Source: Macrostomum lignano
Lineage: Eukaryota
DNA length: 64,000 bases
Reading direction: 5' to 3'
Assembly: GCA_002269645.1 (NCBI GenBank)
Contig: NIVC01001842.1
Span: forward strand, 167,135-231,134
The position numbers and the translations under genes were made by a program. Shown piece after piece: positions 28,835 through 41,400 of the stretch; within the stretch, counting starts at the first letter, position 1; every line of letters starts with the position of its first letter. A model generated the notes under the pieces. It was not told the origin of the DNA, ran no database searches, and worked only from the letters and a program-made list of their open reading frames with translations.

Positions 28835-29490
28835 TAGGGATTGGCAGATTTTTATCTCAAAGGCCAGATAAAGAATCTAGCTAATGGCTGCAGGGGCAGA
28901 TAAGAGTAGAAAGAAAAATTAATAGACAATAAGAGAAAGAAAAAGTGAGAGAAAGGATAAGAAAATAGATAAAATATAAGAATAGACAGGAGGGTAAGGA
29001 GAGAAAAAAGAGGAGGAAAGAGGAGTGCAAGGACAAAAGAGGGGAAGAGGCAAATAAGAGAGACAAGAAGAAAGAGGAGAGATGAGATGAGAGAGAGGAT
29101 ATAAAAGAAAAGAGAAGAAGGAGGAGAGAGGAGAAAGATGTGAGTAAAGATGAAAGAGCAAAGAACAGATGAAAGAGGAGAGATTAAAGAAAAGAGATAA
29201 TAAAGAAGAGTTAAAAGAAAAGAAGAGATGGAGGGGATAGCAAAGGAAAAAGAAAAGAAGAAGGGAGAGATAAGAGGAAATATAAGAGAGCCTAGAGGAT
29301 ACAGGAAAGAGTAGAAAAATAGAATAGAAATGAGCAAAATAAGAGTGAAAATAGAAGAGTAGAAAGTACAGGAGAATGGGAAGAATAGAAAGAGATAAAA
29401 TGAGAGAGAGAAGAGAGGAGACAGAAAAAAGATAGAAGTTTCAAAGGACCCAAAGGACATAGAGATGCAAAGGCAAAGGGCTAGAGTTTG
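28835..29490 (-). mobile_element. hAT-like MITE copy with TC/AG-rich filler
   Basis: Ends and flanks homologous to 30630-32049 in inverted orientation. Confidence 0.6.
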
Positions 29491-30629
29491 CCTATATAGG
29501 CCTTAGATAGACATTGCCTGTCATTGTTACGTTACCAAATTAAATCTCCTTTTTTTGGGATCAGTCAAATAGCCTCCTTTATTTTACTTTCTCAAAATGC
29601 GCGGGCACCCTGGAAGTGACTTGTTGCCGAAGTGACTGTCACTGAAGTGACTGTCGCCAAAGTGACTTGTTGCCAACGTGATTATAATTCGTGTATGCAC
29701 ATGCTCCGAACTCTACTGTCTCTTTGACTCTTTTTATCTGTCCATAATCTGAAATGAAATGATGTGTGTGCCATGTGGGTTTGTTTACTGATGGATATCC
29801 ATGCATGTTTTCAGAACAATTTCCTATATATTTAATTTCAAACTTTTTTTGAGGATATAAAGGCCTACTTATAGATAGGCTATGGTTTTAAAGAATAAAG
29901 AACATTCGTTTTGCCTATTTTTCATTTTTCCTTTTTTGGCTCACTGGACTGCCTTTTTAGTGCACTTAATTTGACAAAAAGCCTGCCATTTACTTGATAG
30001 CTTTTGTGTGGCAAATTCAATGGTATAATCAGGTATAGGCCTATCTAGCAATCTAGGCCTCTAGGGGTATAAGACAAGATAGCCATTCAGTCTCACTCAC
30101 CAAGATGGATAGCCACAGTTCTGAATGTCTAAATAGATAAGAATAGGCCTAGGCCTAAATCTAATACATTTAAATTCTTGTTTTTATTTATAAATTATTT
30201 ATTAATAGTAACTGGTAATAAGTATCAACTATCAATACATCAACATAATATTAAGTATTGGAATGTCAAAAATGGTCATGTCCCTACACTTTTAAATTAA
30301 GAAGACCATCAATAGTACCTAGCCCCTCTTTTAAGCAATTTTTCTTTAAATAAAGTCCTATCATTTTTATGATTTTCAAATCATATATTCCACAAGCTGT
30401 TGAAACCCGCGGAATTTGAACCCGGGGAATTCCAATCCCCAGAACTATTTTTGCATGTATTCTGAAATCTGAGCCCATCTGAAACAAAAACTTGTTAATA
30501 GTTAGTTAGTAGGATAAAGGTAAACAAAAATGGAGTACATTCGCATACAATTAGGATGTGAGGCAAACATATTGTTGGCTGGGGTGCTTTTACTTTAAAT
30601 AGGCAATTAATGTCTGTCTGACTCTAAAA

Positions 30630-32049
30630 CATGTATTGGCAAACTCTGGCCTCTGCCTCTGACTCTCCCTACGTCCCTTGGATCCTTTGAAACTTCTATC
30701 TTCTCTTCTGTTTCCTCTCTTCTCTCTCGTCCCTTGTCTCTTTTCTCCTCTCTTCTCTTTTTTCTCTCTCCTCTCTCCCCTCTTCTCTCGTCTCTTCCCT
30801 CATTTCTCTTCTTTTTCATCTCTCTTATCTCATCTCTTTTCTCTTTCCTCTCCTCGCACTCTTCTCTTATATTTTCCTTCACCTCTCTTCTCTCGTCTTT
30901 ATTTGCTCTCTGATCTCTCCTTTCTCTTCTCTCTCTTCTCTTTTATCTATTTTCATTTCTCTCTGCTTCCCCCTCTCTCTCTGCTTCCCCCCTCTCTCTG
31001 CTTCCCCCTCTCTCTCTGCTTCCCCCTCTCTCTCTGCTTCCCCCTCTCTCTCTGCTTCCCCCTCTCTCTCTGCTTCCCCCTCTCTCTGCTTCCCCCTCTC
31101 TCTCTGCTTCCCCCCTCTCTCTCTGCTTCCCCCTCTCTCTCTGCTTCCCCCCTCTCTCTCTGCTTCCCCCTCTCTCTCTGCTTCCCCCCTCTCTCTCTGC
31201 TTCCCCCTCTCTCTCTGCTTCCCCCTCTCTCTCTGCTTCCCCCCTCTCTCTCTGCTTCCCCCCTCTCTCTCTGCTTCCCCCTCTCTCTCTGCTTCCCCCC
31301 TCTCTCTCTGCTTCCCCCTCTCTCTGCTTCCCCCCTGTATCTTATCTCTCCTCTCCCATCTTTCTTCTCCTCTCTACTCTCTCCCCTCCATTCTCCTCTT
31401 TTCTTTCCTCTCGCCTCACTCACTTCTCTCTCCCTTTGTCTCTCCTCTCGTCTCTGTAATCTCTACTCTCCCATCTCTCGTCTGTTCATTTTCGTCTCTG
31501 CTCTCAGCTCATCCCCCTCTTTCATCTGTCATCTTTACTGTCTTATATGTTCTCTCATTCTGTCCTCTCTGTACTCTTTTCTTTCACCTCTTTTGTCTCC
31601 TCACCTTCCTTTCTCCTTTCTCCTCTTCTCTTCCCTCTTCTATATACTCTCTCCCTCTCTTGTCTCGTCTCTTCTCTCTCCACTCTCCTCCTTTATCTCT
31701 CATCTCTCATTTCTCATCTCTCCTTTTTCCTCTTTACTAACTCCTCTCTGCTCTTCTCTCTGCTCTCCTCTCATCTGCAGCTCTCTGCTCTCTCCTCTCT
31801 ACTCGCTCCTCTACTCACTCCTCTACTCTCTCTCTACTCTCTCCTCTCTACTCGCTCCTCTCTATTCTCTCCTCTCATTGTCCTCGCTCCCTCATCTCTC
31901 CTATTATCTTTTATCTTTTCTCTTATTCTCTCTCTCACCTCTCCTCTCTTTTCGAATCGTCTATTCCTTCTTCTCTCCACTCTCAACTGCCCCTCAGCCA
32001 TAAGCAGGATTCTTTTCTGGCCTTTGAGGTAAGAGTCTGCCCATTCCTG
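30630..32049 (+). mobile_element. hAT-like MITE copy with expanded TC-rich interior (includes ~19-20-bp CTCTCTCTGCTTCCCC array 30960-31335)
   Basis: Degenerate TIRs catgtattggcaaact / agtctgcccattcctg; subterminal ggattct..tctggcc.ttgaggtaa shared with 42306-42731. Confidence 0.6.
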
Positions 32050-32664
32050 CTTGGAAAGCCAGTTTTTGGGACGTAGTACTCTCATGGCTGTTCTCATGCT
32101 TTGATCATGTCATTTTTCTTGCCAATTTGCAAGCCCTGAAAATAATTTGTGTATCTTCAGCTCCACTGCAGTCTGCATCAATCTAACAATTTCTTAGGAG
32201 GCCATTTAAATTTTAAAGTACCTTTAAGAGAAACCTTAAATTTCCATGATGTGACTAATTTAGTAGAGTTGTATTGCATTGCATCGCCTTTTCATAAATC
32301 TTTCGCTTTTACAAACCATGCTGGATTACCCTGATTTGCCATCCACTGTTAAACTGCTGCAGAGTTTGCCTATACAGAGGACAGTGGGTAGAATTTCTCA
32401 TTAAAATGTTATGGATGGCTAAACGTAGCCTCTCAACGGGGGGTGCAGAGAAGGCCATAAACAAAGCTATTCCAAAACACTGTACATTTTCTATGTACAT
32501 TTAGTCCTATCGCCTGATCCTTCGTCTGGCTCTGGGGGAATGAGTGAGTGAGTGGCACAAACAACAGAAAAAGCAGACAAACTTCACATGCTTATAGTTT
32601 CTGTCCTGATTGAGATACAGAGTTGAGACTTTATATTTAGACAGAGAATAAGTCAATGAAGAAT

Positions 32665-33188
32665 TGTGTCAAGTTTGAAGTCAATTGCTTCACGTGGAGC
32701 AAACTTATGGCAGCCGAAAGTTAGTCATTTTAAACCCCTTTTTCACATCTGGGCCCAGATCGGGAAAGAGAGGCAGGCGGGCGGAGGTTGGGGTGGCTGC
32801 CTCGCTGAAAAAAACAGCCTAACTTTAAAATTGCACAGCGGCTTTCAGGATTAACTTTGAGATTTGAAATTTTACACGATTGTGTCAAAATAGTTGAAAA
32901 TTGCCTGTGTCAAATTTGAAGAGAATCGGTAGAAGTGGAGCGGCGCTATGGAGGATTTAGTGAAAAAATCGCGCATTTTGAGCAGTTTTTTGCACTTTTA
33001 GGTGGGAAGACTCAAATTTAGGAAATTTTAAGGTAGCCTAAGACATTCTCCGTAGTAAGTTTAGGGTGGGTGTAAAGTTTTGTGTAATTTGGTTGAGCGG
33101 TTTGGGAGTCCATAGCGATCAAAATTGTCCACACACACACACACACACACACAGAGTTTTGATTTTTATATGTAGAGATAGTATAGAT
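32665..33188 (+). mobile_element. Non-autonomous Helitron/Helentron (Lep1/HINE-like) fragment
   Basis: Repeated gtgtcaaatttgaa..aatcgg motif, then ggttgagcggtttgg, (CA)n at 33130-33153 and a ...tatatgtagagatagtatagat end, the layout typical of these elements. Confidence 0.45.
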
Positions 33189-33874
33189 CATGCTGGGTGC
33201 ATGCCCAAACAAAAATTGATAAGTACAAATGCAAGCCAAAAATTGATAACAATAAATGACATTTTTTACATTGTGAGAATAAACAACCTTTTTTCATTGC
33301 ATAAAAGACCCTTTTAACAGATAATTTGGTTTATTTTTCTGCTTTTTTGCCGATATTATTTATAGTGGAAAATTGATACATGCAAAGATTTGTTTAAATG
33401 AAAAAAGTACAGCAGTAAGTAGTAAGAAGAAAGAAAAGAATAGAAATTAATGCCAGGGTTTTTCATTTGAAAATATGAAATGTGGCACTTTGCCACAAGG
33501 GTTTTACAATTGAACCTAACTTTTGGCTACTATAAGTTTGGCTATATAAAGCAATGACTTCAAACTTGATACAATTTTTCTTTGATTTATTTTTCCTCCT
33601 ATATACTTACACTAAAAATAAAAATCTTTCTTGCTTGTATATGTAACAGGGCTGATGGTTCCTTCTTAATAATATCCCACTATTGCCACCAAAGTTGTTG
33701 TAGGGCTTTTGGCTCTCTATAAAATTCCACCGTTATGCCACTAAGTTGTACTAGGCCTTCAATTTCCCTGCTATTGAATTTATACTGCTGATACTAAATT
33801 CTGCCTTTGGTATTTCTAACTGTTTCTTAGAATTTCATTTGAATATACTGGTAGTGTTTTTATGTATTAGTTTG

Positions 33875-33950
33875 GTAGCGTCTTATGTATTAGTCTGGTA
33901 GCATCTTATGTATTAGTCTGGTAGCATCTTATGTATTAGTCTGGTAGCGT
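33875..33950. repeat. ~23-bp short tandem repeat
   Basis: tcttatgtattagtctggtagca x3. Confidence 0.8.
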
Positions 33951-34799
33951 TCTTAGTAAGTGGCCTGAGCGGTCTTACTGGTATATGTACTTTCTCTCTC
34001 CAGTCTGGGCGTTACCGAGATTAGAGGGTCACAGCAATTACTCTTAGTACTTCTCTTTGTATGAATCCCAAGTGCAACCTTCAACCTTCTTCACAATGCT
34101 CTTAGAAATGAATAATGATATGAGAACGATTTATTGAACACGTTTAAGCTTATAGCTAGCGAACAAGAGAGTTATCTTTTCTTGCCTACAATTCTCTTCC
34201 TTTTATACTAGTTGATTGCGTGTATTTTAAACAAATTGTTACAAGTTGAAAATATTTTGAGTATTAAAACAACAAATATAAATTTCGCGCTAATTTGAAA
34301 AACGAGTTTATAAGAAACAAAAGGTACCGCTATTACATATATGTGCAATCAATTTTCTCCCAAATGGCTTAACAGATTTTCATGTGACTGTATATTTGTC
34401 TTGGCTAAGAAATTGCTTAATGCTAAAGGGATTAAATATTCAAAAACATGCTTTTTTGCAAAGGTCAAGCAAACTTTTTGACTTGAAATGCATTGTAAGA
34501 ATGCTAGAAAAAAAACTGATTGGTTGAATTCTGATTATGAAATAGATTGCATCATAACTAAAATATAGCTCTGACTTGAATTGTGTCACAGTATTGAAAA
34601 TGTAGTGTGAAGTGTAGCACCAGACTTGATTTAGATTGCATAACCATATTGTTAACTGATATTGACTGACTGAGAAATTGATTATATCATAACTGCTTTG
34701 TGTGATCTTGCTTGCAAACTCTATGCTTGGAGTTTGGAAAATGTTGAATTATAAGTTTTTGTTAATTAAAGTTTTTTAATGCCAAGTAAACTAAAAACT

Positions 34800-35050
34800 T
34801 TAAAAAAAAGCATCATGTAAAAAAAATCATAAAGTGTCATGTAAAAATTATAGAAGCATCATGTAAACAATCATAGAAGCATCATATAAAAATCATAGAA
34901 ATGTCACATAAAAATCATAGAAGCGTCATGCAACTAATAATAGAAGCGTCATATAAACAATCATGACGTGACATGACATGTCATGACATACCTCATATAA
35001 AAACTAATAAAAGTGTAATTTATTAAAAAATCATAGAAGCATCATGGAAT
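34800..35050. repeat. ~22-bp degenerate minisatellite
   Basis: aaaaatcatagaagcatcatgt. Confidence 0.75.
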
Positions 35051-35079
35051 AGTAAATGTCATGTCAAAATTAAATAAAG

Positions 35080-36095
35080 CTATTGTGCTCTGATTCTTAG
35101 GGAGAATTATTGAGATGTCAAGGCTCACAGAGAATACCTGAAATATAAATGATTATGGGGGGTTTCTAAGATGCCAAAGCAAAAGTCAGAAGCTACTTCA
35201 AAGTACATGTAGTTTACTCAATTTTTATTATATTCTTTATTGGCTTGCCACAAGGGGGCACTGATAAAAGAAGAGTCATGTAAAAAGAAAAAAAGCACTA
35301 TGTAGACATTAAAGAAGAGTAATGTTGGAGTTAAAAGATTCATTTGGGAATTGCTATGATGTCAAGGCTTGGGGGGAATCATTATAGTGCTATGATTCTT
35401 AAAGAAGGAATCACTAAAATGTCAAGTTTAGAAGAGAAAGAAAGAATTGCTGAGATTTCAAGGCTTTAGGGTTGGGTTAAAGTTAGGTTTAGGTCAGGTT
35501 TGGGTTTATGGTTAGGGTTTAGAGGGTTTCAAGGTTGATAAGGGATTTTTCAGGTTTCAAGTTTTATAGGCGGCATCGCTAAGATGTCAAGGCTTATGGG
35601 GAGAATAGCTGAGATATCAAAGCTAAAGTCAGAAGCTACATATAGTTTATTGAAAACTTTTTATTATATTATTTGTTGGCTCCTCATGAGGGGGGGTTGC
35701 TGATAGAAAAAAAACAATTTAAAAAATAAAAGAAGCTTCATGTCAAAGTTAAGAGATTCATTTGGGAATCCCTACGATGTCAAGGCTTGCAGGGGATCAT
35801 TATAATGCTGTAGTGCTATAGTGACTCTTGGAGAGAATTACTGAAATGTCAATGCTTTAGGGTTAGTGTTAGTCTAGGGTTAGGGTTAGAAGGTTGAGAT
35901 TTTTTTAGATTTCAAGAGGGACATTGCTGAGATGTCAAAGGGAGAGTTGATATTTTAAGGCTTGTGAAGGGAATTGCTGACATGTCAAGGCTTACAAGAG
36001 ACTACATGATGGGGTATATTGCAAAGAGACACTACATGTAGTTTATTAAAAAACTTGTAATGCATTTTTTGGCTCCTTAATGGGGGCTGCTGATT
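35080..36095. repeat. Old ~443-bp tandem duplication with TTAGGG-like runs
   Basis: agtcagaagcta at 35184 and 35627; ttagggtt runs at 35466-35520 and 35857-35890. Confidence 0.7.
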
Positions 36096-36099
36096 GCTA

Positions 36100-36940
36100 G
36101 TCTCTGTCTAAATGTAATGTCTCAGCTCTATAACTCAATCAGGATAAGCATGTGAAGTTTGTCTGTTTTTTCTAGTGTTTTTGCTACTCTACTCATTCCC
36201 TCATAGCTTTCTTTGCACCTCTATAGAAAGGCTTTTAGCCACGTGATAGTTTAATGAGAGATTCTAGCCACTGCCTTATTAAGAGTATTTTGTCACACAA
36301 ACTGGCTTTCTAAGCACTTGACCTAATGCTATAGGATTTGCCCTAAATAGTATCAGTATCACCCTGCTACTCTCTGGAGCATGGTGACTCGAGACTTATA
36401 TTTTTTACCTCAAGGGCCCAATAGAGAATTTAGCTCATGGCTATAGACCAGATGAGAGGAAAATAAAGGGGATAGAGGAAAGCGTTGATAAAACATGAGA
36501 AAGAACAAAAGAGTTAAAAGGAGAGAGTAAATAAAAGAATAGCAAAAAGAAGAGATGTGACAGTAGAGAGAAAAAAGAAAAGAAAGATAAAAGAGCAGAT
36601 GAGAGAGTATAGAGAAGAGATGAGATGAGAGGAGAGGAAAAAGTAGAGAGAGGAGAAAACAAATATCAGAGACTAGAGTTAAGTAGTGCATGCTTTAGAC
36701 AGATGTTACTTGTCAATCTGTGGCAACCCCAATCAACAAAATCAATGGTTGCCTCAAATTTTTAAATATAACACAAATTTACTCCAATTTTTTTATTTAA
36801 CTCTATTCTTACTATTAACAAGTTTTTTTAGTATAGCTTCACATTTTAATGCATGCAAAAAAGTTCTGGGGATTGGACTTTAGCAGGTTCAAAATCTGCA
36901 GGCTTCAATAGCTTGTATAAAATAAAAATAAATGTTTTCA
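36100..36940 (-). repeat. Inverted, internally deleted copy of the 30380-32650 composite repeat
   Basis: 36098-36210 matches 32530-32650, 36215-36315 matches 32050-32480, and 36400-36930 matches 30395-30700 plus the MITE end. Confidence 0.7.
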
Positions 36941-37847
36941 ATGTTTACAACTCAAAGCTCAAAAAAGAGGATATGCCAAATTGAAATTTAATGTGTGCCA
37001 AAGTGCCACCTAGCCTTCTAATGATTTGTGCCATTTGGGAAAAATTTAGCAAGGGCACAAATTTGGCACAAAACCCTAAATATAAGAGTGCAAAAAGGAG
37101 AGATTAGAGATAAGATAATAGATAAGGGAGTATAGACCATGAGAGAAGATAAGAACAGAGAGGAGAGAAAAAGATAAAAAATAAGTGAGTAAAGAGGAAA
37201 AAAAATAGGAGAGTCTCTGATGTAATATAGTATAGTATATAGTAGTAAAACTTTGTATAGGATAGTATTGCATGATATAATGCAATATTCTACTATACAA
37301 AATTTCATGCAGAAGATATAGCAAAGTTTTTTTTCAAGTCTAAAACATAGTGAGGATAGAAAAAAGTATTTTTGAGTAGCACACTTATGGTAGACATCTA
37401 GCACATTGTATACTTTAACCATACTTGAGCAGGCATGAATTATCTGCATTTAACTGCTCTGTTTATCAATTCAATGCACTGTGTCTGGGCCATATACCAT
37501 AGAAAAATTGAATCGCATATGATTGGCAATTGTCTTCATATGAATGCGCAAATTCTTTAATGAAATGAAAAGTATTATATTAAGAATATAACCATGTTTT
37601 ACTAAATAACTTATGTCTTTCTAACCATAACTGGCAAATATCTGAAACTTAAAGAAGTGTAATTCTCATTTGTTGGCCCATCAATCATAGAATCAAATTT
37701 GTAAACTTCGCCAGTAAAATCGAAAATTCACTTCAAAATTGTTTTTTTTTCAAACTTCTGGACGAACCAAGCGAAAAGCTAGGCCAAGATTTAGAGCAGC
37801 TGAAGCTGCTAGAAGAATGCCAGTTCGAATCAGAGGAGCCAGAGTCA

Positions 37848-38496
37848 ATGCGCATATCGCCATTGGCTAGTGTGGCGCTCTCTGCCAAACTGATGCCACT
37901 TTTCCAAGATCGGGTTGATGGCGAATTCTACGTGTTTGATGGCGACTCTTTACTGATGGAGGCTGCGGCCACAGTCGGATGGCAATATGGCCAGCAATTG
38001 CATTTGTTCTATCTGGCCGAATCCATTCTGAAACTGCTCAAAGATCACGGCGGTGACTGTCAAGTTGTTTACTTTAATAGTTTTCGCAATGATCCACTGA
38101 TGGATCTGTTTAGGCGCGCTATGCAGTTACACCTTGCCGTCAACTGTTCAGTGCCTGTGCACACCGACTTGGCCAAGTCTTGCTTCGACCCAGCCTGGCT
38201 TCACTATTTGAAGGAGGAGAAGCCTCTGTTCTTTATGCTTCACGACGGTGTTGGCTATGGCGAATCTGCTGAACAGCGGCATGTGAATTTGGCTTTGTCT
38301 AGCCTGGCTCGCAGGGTGCCAGTTGCTTATGTTAGCAGTCTGCAGCAGAATGACATGAAGCTGCAAGCATCCTATGTACAGTGGATGCCACTGTATGGCA
38401 GACTATTTCAAAAGCTATCATGTACAGATCGATCGGCAATGGTCCCTGAAACTGATGATCATGTTGAAGCTTTAAAGACTGAGGCCGAGTTAATTG
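37848..38496 (+). CDS. DDX60: DDX60-like exon 1 (PIN-like N-terminal region; true start uncertain)
   Basis: [10 protein letters not shown]...[11 protein letters not shown]; ATT G|gtacgt. Confidence 0.85.
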
Positions 38497-41400
38497 GTAC
38501 GTTTTTAAATCTCTTTATTAGTTGATTAAGTCATACATGCGCAACCCTCTGATTTACACTGGCCATGCGACTAACTTTTTGACCAAAAATGTGACTTACC
38601 TGTGAAAGGAACCCTAAAGAAATTAACGAAATGTTGGGTAAACGGCAAGAGTCACTACGACTGTCTTACTAAGGCTAAATGCCTCGTCAACTAATTAGTA
38701 CTACGCCTGTATGTTTTTGGGTGGGTATTTTTACCAGGTCGGCCAGCAGTTGCGCATGTATGGATTAAGTGTTTAAAAGCTTGTTTATTTAAACTGCTAA
38801 ACTAATAACTGTATGATTTTTGTTTCTGTTCAGAACCAGGCAGTCGCCTGAAAGACCATCTCGCTGTCAGAGTTGCTCTCCGAGCTCTAGTTAAAGATAC
38901 TAACATCGAAAGCAACGACGAAGCTATTGAAAAAGTGAGCCGTTGGTGCCTGTATTTTGCCTGCATGTCCTCCATGACGCTGGACGACCGGCTTCAGCTT
39001 GTTGCTGCTACTAAAAGCGCCAATCAAGCCGCTGCTGCAGGCGACAAGGTAGAGGAGCAAAATTTGCTCTCTTCCTTGCATGAATTGGCCAAGCACCTGC
39101 GGCTCGAACTGCTGCCAATGAAGGGTCTCAACGAGTTCGCCGATCCAGAGTCTGTCGCCGATCTTATCGACATTTTTGTCTATCGTCGATTTGGTCAAGC
39201 CTGGATTAACCAACTGCCCGGTTGGCATCCGCGAGCGCGATATATTTTGGCTAAGTAAGTTCAGGCTTCAGTTTTCCGTTGAATTATGCTACAGTTTTTT
39301 GTAATTTTTTAGTACACCTGCCTAAATGGGCAGGTGTGCTTCCTGCCCAGGCGCATCTGAAGGCTGCGTACGGCCGTTCAGTCCAAGGACTGGGGGGGGG
39401 GGGGTAGGGGTCGCCATACAGCCTCAATTACCCCAGCTAATGCTGATGGCACCCATTTTACAGCTGGGTGAACTGAAGCAATGCAGAGTTAAGTGTCTTG
39501 CTCAATCAAGGACACAAATTGTTCCGACTAAGTTGGACGATAGTGTACGGCCAGTATTGAATGAAAATCAATAGGTAAATTAACATGAAGCACATTGGTT
39601 AAAACGGTTTAATAGGCTTCCCGGCTGAGTTTTTAACTTATTGTGACCAGCACAGAAAGAGGAGGTCACGGACACAGAGTATTAACTTGTTAGATTTTTT
39701 ATTTATCCAGCACTCGCTGCATATTTCTTCGACAGCTTGCGGCAAACTATTTCAGGTTCAGCCTAGGGACCAGCAAATTCAGCTATGGTCCAACCATACT
39801 CCATAGACACGTATCTCGAAAAAAACCAGCTAACAAGTGGCGGTTGGTTGAGATTGGATGGCCCTATGCTGAGATAGCTAGGCAATGGGGGGTTGTCTGG
39901 AAGCGAGAAAACATGGTAATGGCCATAGACACGAGCGGCGATAGCGGGGGTGTGGGAGCGAAGCCCCCCCACTTACAACCATAGACTATTTTATCTTACG
40001 CTCATAGACTGGTTCGTTTTCTAAAATGATATCCCGGTTAATTGCTTGAATGTCATTGCAATTGCCTTAACGTAAATTACCATAGACATTTTGAACAATG
40101 GCTATGTTTTAACCGTGACTATAAAAACAACAGGACGGTAAATAGCTCGTATCTGTTAATTCTGATTTTTAGTGATGCTACGTTAATTTAAAATATTTTT
40201 ATACGGCGTTCGATTTCTTTCAGATACGAAAGCTACGCCTCTAAAATTTGTACCGAGCTGCAAAAGCTGAACAGTGCCGATCAATCGGATGCCTCGCCTC
40301 TATTGTCGCTGTCAATCTCTGAGCAGGCGCTCCCACATGAGCCTGTCATTGAGCAGGCGGCTGAAATGGCGCCGCTTCAGCGTATCGACAATCGTCTGTT
40401 GAAAGAGTTTGCCGGCGAAATTCTTGACAAACTCGGCTCGTCTGGTTGCATATCATTAACTAACGAGCCTGGACAGAACTCGGCGATGCTATTCGACGAG
40501 CGCTGTCATTGGCACGTTAATCGGGAGCTTCGCGACGATTTAGAAGAGCAAGGCGAGCCTGAGCTGTCTTCTAATCCTATTCTAAGGCAGAGACAGCTGA
40601 AGAGTATTCAGAAGTACAAGAATTACATCAGCATGTACGGCGAGTCGCTGCATGGCGAGACTAGCGAGACTATCGTACTGTCAACCGGTTCTGACGGCGC
40701 GTCCGCTGCATCTGCCGGTGCTAACGAGAAGCCGAAATCTGCTAACCAGCAAAAGCAGAAGCATCAGAAGCAGCCAAAAGGCAAGTCAAAGCCAGTTTCT
40801 AAGGCTGACGCCATCAAAGAAGAGAATTTGCGCGCCAAAGCCGACAAAGATACGAAGAAGCTAAAGGAGCAGTGGAAAAATCTGTTGCCGGGCGTTAAAA
40901 AATTAGAACCGGCTCAGGCTATCGCTGAGGCCACGCGTATGGCGGAGTCCTGCACAGTGCAGGATCGAATTTTCGAGGAGCCGGTACTTTTCGTAATGCG
41001 AGAGCAGTACAAGCTGTGGAAGACCAGCTGTGCTAGTAGTGGAGGCAGCGGTAAGTCTTTCAGCGCCTTGGCAGATCTAGTGCGGACCCTGCACAAGTAC
41101 ACAACTGAGCCGTTGGTTAGCATGATTAGTTCTGAATTGCGCGTCAAGATTGCCGAATTATTTATCATGGTTGGATTCAAAGAGGCTGCCGCTGTCTCTA
41201 GTGTAGACGCGGAGCGCTTAAAACATGTGCAAGTTGAAAAAGAATGCGTCTGTCCACTGAATTATCGCGACTTTCAAATGCAGCACATGGGCCACCTGAT
41301 GCAGAGAAATGTTCGATTCGATCCAGATCCCAGGGTGAAGGGATTCATTCCCGACACCTGGCAGAGAGAACTGCTTGATGTGGTTGACAGGCGCGAGTCT

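Noticed and set aside
28852-32097. 441-aa ORF 30678-32003 and neighbouring hydrophobic or charged ORFs
   Set aside because: TC/AG microsatellite filler of MITE copies; TTG starts, no domain signal.
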